The position numbers were made by a program, and so were the translations under genes. Below are positions 40,533-50,634 of a DNA stretch of 64,000 bases, piece by piece (position 1 is the first letter of the stretch; every line of letters begins with the position of its first letter). The notes below the pieces were generated by a model. The model searched no databases, was not told where the DNA came from, and saw nothing but the letters and a program-made list of their open reading frames with translations. Source of the stretch: an uncultured Planctomycetaceae bacterium (lineage in GTDB: Bacteria > Planctomycetota > Planctomycetia > Planctomycetales > Planctomycetaceae); contig CAWFAK010000009.1 in assembly GCA_963813715.1 (NCBI GenBank), positions 320,001 to 384,000 on the forward strand. The letters are read 5' to 3'.

Positions 40533-40697
40533 ATGTTCACGAACATGATGGTCACTGCCCGCGGCTACTATGCGTTCTACGGTCGCTTCTTCGCCGACCA
40601 GTGGTACGGCCTGAACCCGGTTCGCTACGGCGTGCTCTTGATCGGCGTGGGCGTCTTCGGCTGGCTGCTGATGAAGTCGGGCAACAAGCGGACCTAG
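40533..40697 (+). CDS. Small single-TM membrane protein (54 aa)
   Basis: QWYGLNPVRYGVLLIGVGVFGWLLMKSG; GC3-rich codons. Confidence 0.65.
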   Translation: MFTNMMVTARGYYAFYGRFFADQWYGLNPVRYGVLLIGVGVFGWLLMKSGNKRT

Positions 40698-40779
40698 CCC
40701 GCCGTCCGATCGCCCTGTCCGGCCGACGCTTCTTTGATGCCGAAGGGTTGTTCGACGCCGAACGACCCTGCGATGCCTG

Positions 40780-40963
40780 CCGGCGGCGGACAACCAACGC
40801 GGTCCGGCCACGCCGGCGACTCTTCCATCGCTCAACTCGAGCGCCTGCCAATCCCGACTTCCTGGGCGCTCACCAGGGCCGCTTCGTCGTCGCGACCGAA
40901 GGCGGCCCGGACCACGTCACTCACGATTTCGACGTCGGCGGTCCGTTCAAAGCGAATTCGCAC
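40780..40963 (-). pseudogene. Truncated GNAT (YhbS-like) acetyltransferase remnant
   Basis: VRIRFERTADVEIVSDVVRAAFGRDDEAALVSA then frameshifted LELSDGRVAG; remaining GNAT motifs not found. Confidence 0.55.
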
Positions 40964-40977
40964 TTGATGGCAATTAT

Positions 40978-41048
40978 TTACCCGACTAGGATTCGAACCT
41001 AGACTAACAGGACCAAAACCTGTTGTGCTACCATTACACCATCGGGTA
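40978..41048 (-). tRNA. tRNA-Gln (anticodon UUG), CCA not encoded
   Basis: Minus strand: acceptor TACCCGA/TCGGGTA, D arm GTGT-AATGGTA-GCAC, anticodon arm ACAGG-TTTTGGT-CCTGT, T arm CTAGG-TTCGAAT-CCTAG. Confidence 0.97.
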
Positions 41049-41210
41049 GTTCCGGCCCCGTCCGTCGCGCATTCCGGCGGGGCACCGCGCGGGAAGTTTA
41101 AGCGAAGCGCAGCGACCCGGCAAGCAAAAGCAGCCGCCGGCCGGCCGCCGGCAATGGGTTCTGGTAGCCAGCGACAAATCGATTCCCCACATTCGGAGGG
41201 AGGAGTTGCT

Positions 41211-42876
41211 ATGGGCATCGGGCCGCATCATTCGCTCTTAGCCGCCGGCTTGCTGCTGGGCGGATTCTGCGCCGCCGCACTCGCACCGGCACGAGCCGCC
41301 GACACCATCGGCACAGCCAAGCCCGAAGCACCAAAGACACCGTCGAAAGCGGCGACGGCACGCGACCTCGACGGCGTCGCGCGAACCATCTTCGCGATCA
41401 CGGACGTGGTGCTCGACCACCATATCCAGCCCGTGTCGCGTCAGGAGATGATTCTCACCGGACTGCGGGGAGCCTTTGCGTGGAAGAACCTGGCAGCGCC
41501 CGAACTCAGCCGCCGTGTCTCGGACCTGCGGACGGCAGACGAACTGGCGGCCCTGCTTAAGGAGCTTTGGCCCAAGCTCACCCAGAACGGAACCTTGCCG
41601 TCCGAGGACGTTGAAAACGCGATGCTGACCGGTTTGCTGAGTTCCGTGCCCGGCTCGCCGCACATTCTTCCCGCCAAAGAAGTGCGGGTGCACAATCAAA
41701 TCCAGGCCAATCGCTACATCGGCATCGGCATTGCCATTCGAGTCGACGACAAGACCAAGCTGCCGCAGATCGTGCATGCCCAGCCCGGCGGCCCCGCCCA
41801 GTTGGGAGGCGTGCGGGACGACGACTTGATCGAGCAAATCAACCGTTCCCGCGTCGAACCAAACGGGAAACTTCGCGACGTCGTCGACGCGCTCCGCGGC
41901 CCCGAGGGAACCGAAGTCACGATTCAGGTGCGGCAACCCCAGGCCAAGGAGTCGCGCACCCTGACGCTGGTGCGCCTGCCGGTGATGTTCAAGTCGGTGC
42001 AATGCACGGAGCACAATTCGGACGAAGATCACGTCGTCCTGCTCCACACCAAGCCGGTCATCGCGTACCTCAGGATCAGTTCCGTCACGGCCAGCACCGC
42101 CCGCGAACTAGCTGCGTGGGAGCCTCGGCTCCGCGAGGCCAAGGTGCAGGCGTTAATCCTCGACCTGCGAGATACCGGCGGCAGCGACGGCTTCGACAAC
42201 TATCACGCGGCCCTGCTCTTGGCCGACAGCCTGTTGGACGGGAAAGCCGCTCGGCAAGCTGCGGACGCGGGAGGGGACGCAGGAATTCACGGCCGATCGG
42301 GAATGCCTGTTTCGCGATTGGCCGCTGGCGATTCTGATCGACAAATACACGAGCGGTCCGGCCGAGTGGGTGGCCGCCGCCCTCCAGGATTCCGTTGCCG
42401 TTTCCGGCAAGCGGCGACACGTCACCATCGTCGGAACACCCAGTGGCAAGGACGCCTTTGTGCGTACCGCTTATCCGCTGCCCAGTGGCGACGACTTGAT
42501 CCTGGCAAACGGCGTCTGGGAACGTCCGAAATACGTCGCAGAACACAAACAGAGAGTGCACATCTACGCGAGTCCCGGCGATGGGAGCGACTGGACAATG
42601 ACCGAGACGGACGCCAAAGGTTCGGCAGACTCGGTGATCCCAGACGCCTACGTGTATCTCACCGATCCAGAGGTCGGCGTCCAGGATCTGCTACTCGCCC
42701 CCGTCAAAACGCCGCAGCCGCGCGAGCGAACCGGAAGAGTCTTGCCCCAGAAGGCCCCCGCGAAGGAAGACAAAGACGGTGTGGTTCGTCGCAGTGCCAC
42801 CAGTCTCGACGCATACGAGCAGGCCGCGGTGAGTGAGCTGCAAATGCAGTTTGACCTCGCTCCCGAAAAGCACTAA
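41211..42876 (+). CDS. S41/CtpA-like protease with PDZ domain (frameshift near 42250; catalytic Ser apparently absent)
   Basis: Signal peptide; YIGIGIAI PDZ, LRGPEGTEVT, LILDLRDTGG, LAILIDKYTSGPAEWVAAALQD, IVGTPSGK. Confidence 0.82.
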
Positions 42877-42897
42877 GCGGCGACAGGCAGCCTCCCC

Positions 42898-44825
42898 GTG
42901 ACCGCGCCTCCCATCGAATTCCATCGTGCAATCGGACTCGGTCGCAGCCGGAGCCGAATTGCCCACGGGCGGTCGATTTCGCGGGTCGGCGTGGTGTGGC
43001 TGACGGCGTCTTTTGGTGTGTCCGTCCTGGCGATCGTGTTGCGGTCGCAAGTGGGTATAGCTGCCGACAAGCCGTCGCCGGCGGTCACCGCGTCACAGGA
43101 CACATCGCACGCTCCCGCGCGGCTGCGCTCTCCGATCGCACTCGCCCTGGCCGACCAGGGCAAGCTGCTGCTGGCCGCCAATCAGCGGAGCGGCACGGTT
43201 TCGATCGTCGACTTGTCGGCCCAGCGCGTCGTGGGCGAAAGCTCGATCGGCAAGCAACTGTCGGACTTGGTCTCGCTTCCCGGATTGGCTTCCGCCTCCG
43301 GGCACGTCGATCGATTTCTCTGCACTGACTCGGAGACACACGAGCTGTATCTGCTCGCTCGCCACGGCGACGACGTGACGATCGTCGACAGGCTCCGGGT
43401 CAGTTCGTATCCCGTGAGCGTGCGCCTCGACAAAACGGCCGGGCGCTGCTTCGTGGCCTCGCTCTGGTCGCGACGTTTGACCGCCGTCGATTTGGTCGCC
43501 GACGCGCAGGGAGGCGTCCGGCTCAAGCTCGGAACGGTGCTCCCGCTCCCCTTCCCTCCCCGGCTGCAGGCGCTCGCTCCGGACGGCCGCACGCTGATTG
43601 TGGCCGGCGCCTTCGGCGGCCAGTTGGCCGTCGTCGACCTCGCCAAGTTTGGGCTACGAATCGTCAAAACGGTTCCCGGTCAGAACATTCGCGGAATGGC
43701 TTGGAGCAGCGACGGTCGGCAGCTATTGCTCGCGCAGCAAACGCTGAATCGACTCGGCTACACGAGCCAGGAAGACCTGCACTGGGGGTCCGTCGTCTCG
43801 AATATCGTGCGGTCGCTCGAGAGATCGGCGATCGAGGATCCGCAAGCCGACATCCTGGCCGGGAGCCGCGCAATCGAGCTGGGCCAGGTCGGCAACGGCG
43901 CGGGTGACCCCGCCTCTCTGAGCGTCGCGGAGGATGGCAGCCTCTCGGTGGTGCTCTCAGGCGTCGGCGAGGTGGCGTCCGGTCAGGTTGACGCGGCCCG
44001 CTTCCGTCGCTTCAAAGTTGGCCTGCGCCGACCGCTTTAGTCGCGAGCGAGGACGGCACCAGGCTCTACGTCGCGGATACGTTCGGCGATTCGATTGCGC
44101 TCATCCCGCAGGGAAAGGCAGCAGCAGGCGCTGCCGATGCCGTCGCGCACGTCTCGCTGGGACCGCAACCAGTGCTGACGGCCGCCGAGCGCGGCGAGCG
44201 ACTGTTTTGCGACGCGCGGCTCTCCCTGGAGAGCTGGATGAGCTGCCAGAGTTGCCACGCCGACGGCCACTCCAGCGACGCACTGAGCGATACGCTGGGC
44301 GACGGCTCATTCGGTGCCGCCAAGCGGATTCCGCCTTTGGGCGGCGTCGGGGAGACGGGCCCCTGGGCCTGGAACGGCAGCATGGCGGACCTGGGCCAGC
44401 AGATTCGCAAATCGATGCAGACGACGCTCCGCGCGAAATCCATTCCCGACGAACAGGTTGCCGATCTCGCCGCGTACCTCAAGACGCTGAAACCGGCCCC
44501 GGCAATGGACGACTCTCCTGCCTCTCCAGCGAGCGTGGCCATCGAACGGGGCCGGGCCGTCTTCACTCAGCACAAATGCAATCGCTGCCACGTTCCGCCC
44601 ACGTTCACGTCGCCCCACGTCTACGACGTCGGTCTGCAGGACGAATTGGGCAACCGGCGCTTCAATCCGCCGTCGTTGCGCGGCGTGAGCCAGCGGGCCG
44701 CATTCTTTCACGATGGCCGGGCGACGTCGCTTGTCGACGTCTTCCGCGTGCATCATCACCCGTCGAACCTGCAGTTCGCCCAGGCGGAACTGACCGATCT
44801 GATCGCCTACCTGCAAACGATCTGA
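42898..44825 (+). CDS. YVTN-type beta-propeller plus di-heme cytochrome c (peroxidase-like) protein (frameshift near 44035)
   Basis: AANQRSGTVSIVDL propeller blades; GERLFCDARLS..SCQSCH, TGPWAWNG, CNRCH, FNPPSLRGV, FFHDG. Confidence 0.85.
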
Positions 44826-44826
44826 A

Positions 44827-46281
44827 TCAGCCAACCTCGACTGGGGCGGCCTCTTTCGGTCCGTTCAGCGAGTTCGAAATCGTCGACAGAACGACCGTTT
44901 CGAGTTGCTCGGCACTCGGCAGCGGCAGCGACAGTAATTGGAACGTTTCATAGGCCTTCACGGACGCCCGGTTGAGCGAGCGCAGGCACAACGAACTCTT
45001 CTCCGGACCGTATTCGGCCAACACGGTGTTGAGCGCGTGGCGACGGCTCGGATGCGGCAGCTCGATCATGTCGGCCAGGCTCTCCGCGATCGTCATCGCC
45101 CGCAAGAGCCCCGTGTCGATGCCGAGACGGGTCGCGTTCTCCTGCGACTTGAGATGATGCAGCACGCCTGGAATGAAGGAGGCGGGCATCCCCCACCGCT
45201 CCATCATGGCCGCGGAGACTTCCGCGTGCGTGCAGCCGAAGTCGGCCTGTTCGAGCGCCGGGAGCCGCAGCTGGCCGATCGTTCTCCAGCGTCGGAGCAC
45301 GGCCTGATATTGCTTGGGGAAGCCACGCAAGAGGCCCAAAATTCCGACGTCCTGCAGAATGCCCAGCAAGAAGGCCGCTTCGTCAGACCGGTTTTCCATT
45401 TCCTGGCCGAAGGTCGCCGTCGTGCAGGCGATGAACATGCCGCGGCGGGCGTGCCAGGCCTGCAGCTCGCTGGGCAGTCCTTTGGACAAGGAGCCCAGGC
45501 CCGACGTTACGGCCGCGTTGAGCACGTGTCCGATCGTCGGCCGCACACCCAGCACCCGCACGGCATCGGCCACATTGGAGATCGAGCGGGAGACGCCGTT
45601 CATCGAGGCGTTCGACGCCTTGAACAGGATGGCCGTCGCCCGGGGATCGATCGAAATCATCCGGACCAAATCGTTGACCGGGACCTGCTCCGGCGGCATC
45701 TCGAGAAACTGCAGAAGTTGCATCGTCAGCTGCGAGAGCACTGGCAGGTCGCTTTGCCGTTCGACGATGGCCCGCGCCCGCTCCGGAATCCCGTTCCCCT
45801 CTTCCGCCTGACGATCGAGGATCGTCCGGCTCAGCTTCACGATCGTGGCCTCGTCGCTGTTGGCATCGATGACGGTCACGGCGCCAGCCGATTTGGCGTC
45901 GATCGGCCCGGACTCCTCGTTTCGATGCAGCAGAATCGCCGGGACGCGCACCATCGAAGCCCGCAGCTTTTTGATCACTTCCAAGCCGCTGAAGAAGCCG
46001 TCGAGCTCGTTGTCGAGCACCAAGAGATGCAGTTCCGTTCCACCGAGCAGACCGCGAAGAGCCTCGGCGCTCACCAGCGTCATGGCCTCGATGCCGGCCT
46101 CCTTAAAGGAGCCGGCAAGCGCGGCAGCCTGCGAGACGTCGCGGCGAAAGATCGCCACGATCCGTTTTTCGCCGTCGCGGGGCTGGGCGCCGACGTCGCG
46201 GGCGGCAACATCGTGATTGGCCGTCGACGCTTCGGCGCGGCCGACCACGACGCTCGTCGATTCAGTCAGTTGTCCACTCAT
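44827..46281 (-). CDS. Receiver-like plus HDOD domain signalling protein
   Basis: LLVLDNELDGFFSGLEVI receiver segment; DLPVL, IDPRATAILFKASN, GILQDVG, FGCTHAEVSAAMMERWGMP HDOD motifs. Confidence 0.88.
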   Translation of the reverse strand: MSGQLTESTSVVVGRAEASTANHDVAARDVGAQPRDGEKRIVAIFRRDVSQAAALAGSFKEAGIEAMTLVSAEALRGLLGGTELHLLVLDNELDGFFSGLEVIKKLRASMVRVPAILLHRNEESGPIDAKSAGAVTVIDANSDEATIVKLSRTILDRQAEEGNGIPERARAIVERQSDLPVLSQLTMQLLQFLEMPPEQVPVNDLVRMISIDPRATAILFKASNASMNGVSRSISNVADAVRVLGVRPTIGHVLNAAVTSGLGSLSKGLPSELQAWHARRGMFIACTTATFGQEMENRSDEAAFLLGILQDVGILGLLRGFPKQYQAVLRRWRTIGQLRLPALEQADFGCTHAEVSAAMMERWGMPASFIPGVLHHLKSQENATRLGIDTGLLRAMTIAESLADMIELPHPSRRHALNTVLAEYGPEKSSLCLRSLNRASVKAYETFQLLSLPLPSAEQLETVVLSTISNSLNGPKEAAPVEVG

Positions 46282-46647
46282 GTCAAAGTCCAAACGTGAA
46301 CTGAGGGTTGCCGCACGGCGAGAGGTTTACGCTGAGATCTCACCGCGCAGCGGCGGCCCCGGGGGCAACCGCCACGAAACGCTAGTGCAATGCCGGCAAG
46401 TGTCAACTTTGTGACCGCGATTTAGTCCCTAGTTTCGTGCCAGTTCGCCAAGGTTTCTGCTTAGTCTCGACGGACCGCGAGGTGACAGGCGTGCGGTGCG
46501 GACGGCCTGGGCGGGTTGTGCCGGCCCTGCGCTTTGCCATGCGCACGTGCTCCGTGCCGGGAGTGCTAGCATCACCGGAGAGCGCAGCATCACGGGAGGA
46601 TCAAATCGAGGAACCGGCGGCCGAGCACTGAGGGTGCAGCGGGAGGG

Positions 46648-47142
46648 CTACTTCTTCGCGGCGGGAGGGGCGCCGTTGGCAGCTGGGGGAGCGCCCTTTG
46701 CGGGCGCTTCTGGAACGCTCACAATCCGCACCGTGTGGTTTTCGACGTCGTACGCGTACTGCCAACCGGGCGGAAGGACGGCCAGCTTCACGTCGTAGGC
46801 CTTGACGACCTTCGTCATGAATTCATCGTAGTCCTTGGGGTAGTGCCCCTCGGCCGCGTTGTACAAATCGAGCGTGTGTTGCAGGTTCAGGAGATCGATT
46901 TTGGTGATCGTCGGCTTGAGCATTTGCACCGGACCCAAGAGGGGATCGTCGGCGTGGGCACGATTCTCGGTGATCTCCTGCTTGGCCTTCGGATCGAACT
47001 GCTTGATGTCGTTCGTTTTCTTGTTGATGTTGATGTTGGGGTCTCTCTTGGCCTGCTCGGAAAGTGATTGCATGCACCCCGCCGCCAGGGCGAGCGCCAG
47101 GCTGCCGATTCCGACCAGGCTGACAAATCCGCGGGTTTTCAT
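46648..47142 (-). CDS. Planctomycete hypothetical lipoprotein
   Basis: Lipobox LALAAGC; LQHTLDLYNAAEGHYPKDYDEFM (pilin/GspG-like helix-turn pattern). Confidence 0.75.
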   Translation of the reverse strand: MKTRGFVSLVGIGSLALALAAGCMQSLSEQAKRDPNININKKTNDIKQFDPKAKQEITENRAHADDPLLGPVQMLKPTITKIDLLNLQHTLDLYNAAEGHYPKDYDEFMTKVVKAYDVKLAVLPPGWQYAYDVENHTVRIVSVPEAPAKGAPPAANGAPPAAKK

Positions 47143-47367
47143 CGCGCGATCCTCCGGAGACCCGTTTCTCATGCTGCGTGCGTTTTGAGTCTATCCCTAC
47201 GAAATGGCCGCGGCAATGGGCGGCGGGGCCCGGCGCTCTGGTTAAATTCTGCGCGTCCGGCGTGGATCAATCCGCGAGCCGGCGATACGCTCGTGGTTGA
47301 CCGCCGCGACTCGTGGGATGCAAGTCGCAACGTGAAACTGAACCTCTTATCGGAAAAAACCGCAGCA

Positions 47368-48141
47368 ATGAAGCTTGAACACAAGGTGGCCTTGATCACG
47401 GGCGCGGCCGGGGGAATCGGCCGGGAAGCCTGCCTGCTCTTCAGCCGCGAGGGGGCGACGATCGTGGCCGTCGATCTCAACGAGACGGGCGGCGAAGAGA
47501 CGGTTGCGCTGGTCCAAAAACAGGGCGGTCGGGGGCACTTCATCCCGGCCGACGTATCGAAGAGCGCCGATTGCGAAGGGATGATCGCCGCCGCCGAGAA
47601 GGCATACGGCCGATTGGACATCCTGTTCAACAATGCGGGCGTGATGCTCGACGGGGACGACGACGCCGTCCACACCAGCGAAGCCATCTGGGAGAAAACG
47701 CTGGCGATCAACCTCAAAGGCGTCTTTCTCGGCTGCAAGTTCGGGATACCCGCGCTCAGGCGGGCGGGCGGCGGGTCGATCATCAATACGGCCTCGTTCG
47801 TGGCGCTGATGGGGGCCGCCACGCCGCAAATCGCCTACACGGCCAGCAAAGGCGGCGTGCTGGCACTGAGCCGGGAACTGGCCATCATCCACGCGCGGGA
47901 GAAGATCCGCGTCAACGCCCTCTGCCCGGGCCCGCTCCGCACGGAGCTGTTGATGAACTTCCTCAACACACCGGAGAAAAAACAGCGCCGCCTGGTGCAC
48001 ATTCCCATGGGTCGCTTCGGCGAAGCGTCGGAGATGGCCAAGGCCGCACTGTTCTTGGCGTCCGACGACTCTTCGTTCCTGACCGGTGCCGACTTCGTCG
48101 TCGACGGCGGCATCACGGCAGCGTACGTCACTCCCGAATAA
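47368..48141 (+). CDS. SDR family oxidoreductase
   Basis: TGAAGGIG, FNNAG, NTAS, YTASKGG, VNALCPG. Confidence 0.92.
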   Translation: MKLEHKVALITGAAGGIGREACLLFSREGATIVAVDLNETGGEETVALVQKQGGRGHFIPADVSKSADCEGMIAAAEKAYGRLDILFNNAGVMLDGDDDAVHTSEAIWEKTLAINLKGVFLGCKFGIPALRRAGGGSIINTASFVALMGAATPQIAYTASKGGVLALSRELAIIHAREKIRVNALCPGPLRTELLMNFLNTPEKKQRRLVHIPMGRFGEASEMAKAALFLASDDSSFLTGADFVVDGGITAAYVTPE

Positions 48142-48146
48142 GATGT

Positions 48147-48234
48147 AGTCCAAAGTCCAATGTCCAAGGTCCAAAGTTAAGAGTGACGTCACGACGTCGG
48201 CCGACCTTGGACTTTGGACCTTGGACTTTGGACT
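48147..48234. repeat. Inverted heptamer tandem array (GTCCAA[A/T/G] x4 facing AC[C/T]TTGG x4)
   Basis: GTCCAAAGTCCAATGTCCAAGGTCCAAAGT ... ACCTTGGACTTTGGACCTTGGACTTTGGAC fills the intergenic gap. Confidence 0.9.
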
Positions 48235-48240
48235 GTTTCA

Positions 48241-49497
48241 ATGCCTGTCTACCTGATCGGCACGCTCGACACCAAGGGGCAAGAAGTCGCGTTCGTGCGC
48301 GACGAGCTGCGGGCGTTGGGCCTCGACGTCGCGGTCGTCGACGCGAGTTGCCTCAATGAGCCGACAATCGCCGCGGACGTGACCCGCGAGGCCGTCTTCG
48401 AGGCGGCCGGCACGACGTTGGCGGCAGCAAGAGCGGCAAACGATCGTGGGCAGGCGGTAACGACCGCGGCGCGGGGCGTCGCCGCGCTGATCGCACGACT
48501 TCATACGGAGGGAGCAGTCGACGGCGTGATCGGCCTCGGCGGGTCGGCTGGTACGACGATTGCCACGGCCGGCATGCGCGTGCTGCCCATCGGCGTGCCG
48601 AAAGTCATGGCGAGCACCCTGGCCTCGGGGAATGTGCGGCACTACGTCGGCGACAAAGACATCCTGATGCTCAACACGATCGTCGACGTGTCGGGCATTA
48701 ATCGAATCAGCCGCATCGTACTCGGGGAAGCAGCCCGCGCGATCGCAGGGCTGGTGACGCTGCGCCAAAAGCAGGACACATCGGCCGACAAGCCGGTGAT
48801 TGCCGCCACGATGTTCGGCGTGACAACCCCGTGTGTCGAGCGGGCCCGCCGTGTGCTTGAAGACGCGGGTTACGAAGTGCTCGTCTTCCATGCCACCGGC
48901 ACTGGCGGCCAGGCAATGGAATCGCTGATCGCCGACGGCCTGATCGCCGGCGTGCTCGACATCACCACGACCGAGCTGGCCGACGAGTTGGTTGGCGGCG
49001 TGCTCACCGCGGGGCCGGACCGACTGACCGCCGCCGGCCGCAAGGGGATCCCGCAAGTGATTTCGGTCGGCGCGATCGACATGGTGAATTTCGGCCCGCC
49101 GGAAACCATTCCGCCCAAATTCGCCGATCGCAAGTTCTATCGCCACAATCCGAACGTAACGCTGATGCGGACAACCGTCGACGAAAATCAAAAACTCGGC
49201 GAAGAAATCGCCCGCAAGGCGGCCGCAGCGACGGGCCCCACTGCGATTCTGTTTCCGCTACGCGGCGTCTCGGCCATCGACCGCGACGGGCAGCCGTTTG
49301 ACGACCCGGCTGCCCGCGCGGCCCTGCTGGCAGCGATTCGGGACCGCCACGGGGCGGTCGAGCTAATCGAACTCGATCATCACCTCAACGACCCGGAATT
49401 CGCCGAAACCGCAGCTTACAAACTGATCGAGTTGATCAACGAGCCAGGGCGCCGAGCGAGTTCGCCCGCCGTGTCATCGATGCGAGCTCGCCAATAA
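48241..49497 (+). CDS. Tm-1-like ATP-binding domain protein (UPF0261)
   Basis: GTLDTKG, GGSAGT, LPIGVPKVMAST, TMFGVTTPCV, FHATGTGG, DITTTELAD, DMVNFG, HNPNVTLMRT. Confidence 0.92.
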   Translation: MPVYLIGTLDTKGQEVAFVRDELRALGLDVAVVDASCLNEPTIAADVTREAVFEAAGTTLAAARAANDRGQAVTTAARGVAALIARLHTEGAVDGVIGLGGSAGTTIATAGMRVLPIGVPKVMASTLASGNVRHYVGDKDILMLNTIVDVSGINRISRIVLGEAARAIAGLVTLRQKQDTSADKPVIAATMFGVTTPCVERARRVLEDAGYEVLVFHATGTGGQAMESLIADGLIAGVLDITTTELADELVGGVLTAGPDRLTAAGRKGIPQVISVGAIDMVNFGPPETIPPKFADRKFYRHNPNVTLMRTTVDENQKLGEEIARKAAAATGPTAILFPLRGVSAIDRDGQPFDDPAARAALLAAIRDRHGAVELIELDHHLNDPEFAETAAYKLIELINEPGRRASSPAVSSMRARQ

Positions 49498-50230
49498 GAT
49501 TGCCACAAAGTCTTGGAGACAATGCCAAACGATGGGGATGACGAGGCTGCGCATTTGAAGATAAATCACGGCGAAAACGAGACCCAGACAGCCGATCGAA
49601 AGGGCGCTTGCGGTGCCCTGGTAAACGTGCCCAAGTCCGAACAGCGCCGACGACAGGACGACCGCCCAGAAACGGCCTGTCAACGCAGTGAATCTCAGTA
49701 ATAGATACCCGCGAAAAATGATCTCTTCCGCAGTTCCATTGGTGACAGCGAGATAGCCAAGCAAAGGCAGTTCGGTCGGACTCTGTATCACGAAGTACGA
49801 TGGCGCGTGAGCGGCGCCGATAGACCCAGCCGCAGCCAGAGCATTTGCGCGAACGAGACGCCATACAAGATCAAGGGAAACGTCAAGGTTGCGAAGACGA
49901 TAGACCGGGGTCCTTTTTTGAAGGTCCAGCCGATTTGCGCGGGGATTCGCCGTTTCGCGACAAAAAAAAGAAAATGAGCGCGACGAACCCAATGTCGCGG
50001 ACAACGACACTGATCGCAGCTGTCTCAAACGTCATATGGGTCGTCTCACGGACGAGCGAGGCAACCACGACCTGGGGCGCCAACAAGAGCAAGAAAACCC
50101 CCAATTCGATGCCCTGCGAACGTTTGCTGAGCATCAGAGATGGGCGATCGGCCTCGGCGTGGGGCGCGTCGGAATTTGGTTCGCCCGCGGGTGGCGACTG
50201 CGGCTGTGAGTCTCCGTATTCAATGGCCAT
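49474..50230 (-). CDS. CPBP/CAAX family intramembrane metalloprotease (frameshift near 49915; lower GC)
   Basis: AEEIIFRGY, FGLGHVYQG, HCLQD motifs; N-terminal TM part in ORF 49883..50470. Confidence 0.85.
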
Positions 50231-50284
50231 GAGTAAACTTGTCGCTCCGGGATCAAGACTGCTCACAATATTGAAGGCCGATAA

Positions 50285-50634
50285 ATGCCTCCTCGTCAAG
50301 GAGTTCTCGAGCGTCTGCGGGCCAAAGTCGCCGCGGGCGAGCCGATCATTGGCGGCAGAGCGGGCGACGGGGCTCAGCGCGACACTCGGGTCCCATGCCC
50401 ATCCCGTTTCCGCGCGGCGGCGTCTCAGCCATCGACCGCGAGGATCAGCCATTTGGCGACCCCGAGGCACGGGCGGCGTTGTTGGACGCTCTGCGACGCA
50501 ACCAAGCGGGCGTGCCGCTGATCGCGCTCGACTACCACATCAACGACTGTGAGTTCGCGGAAGTGGCCGCGCACAGGTTGTTCGAGCTTCTCCGTCAGGC
50601 TTCGACGCCCAGCAGCTTGCAGGCGTCGACGTAG
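50285..50634 (+). pseudogene. Chimeric remnant: 5' end of TIM-barrel gene joined to 3' end of UPF0261 gene
   Basis: [17 protein letters not shown] matches [17 protein letters not shown] (52322 gene); FPRGGVSAIDREDQPFGDPEARAALL..HINDCEFAE matches FPLRGVSAIDRDGQPFDDPAARAALL..HLNDPEFAE (48241 gene). Confidence 0.8.

Noticed and set aside
40978..46300. tRNA-anchored genomic island containing the S41, cytochrome and HDOD genes
   Set aside because: These genes lie on the 5' side of the tRNA; no integrase or direct repeat of the tRNA end was found.
49474..50230. CPBP (Abi-named) gene as an abortive-infection defence system
   Set aside because: The Abi label of this family is historical; the motifs indicate an intramembrane metalloprotease and no defence genes are adjacent.
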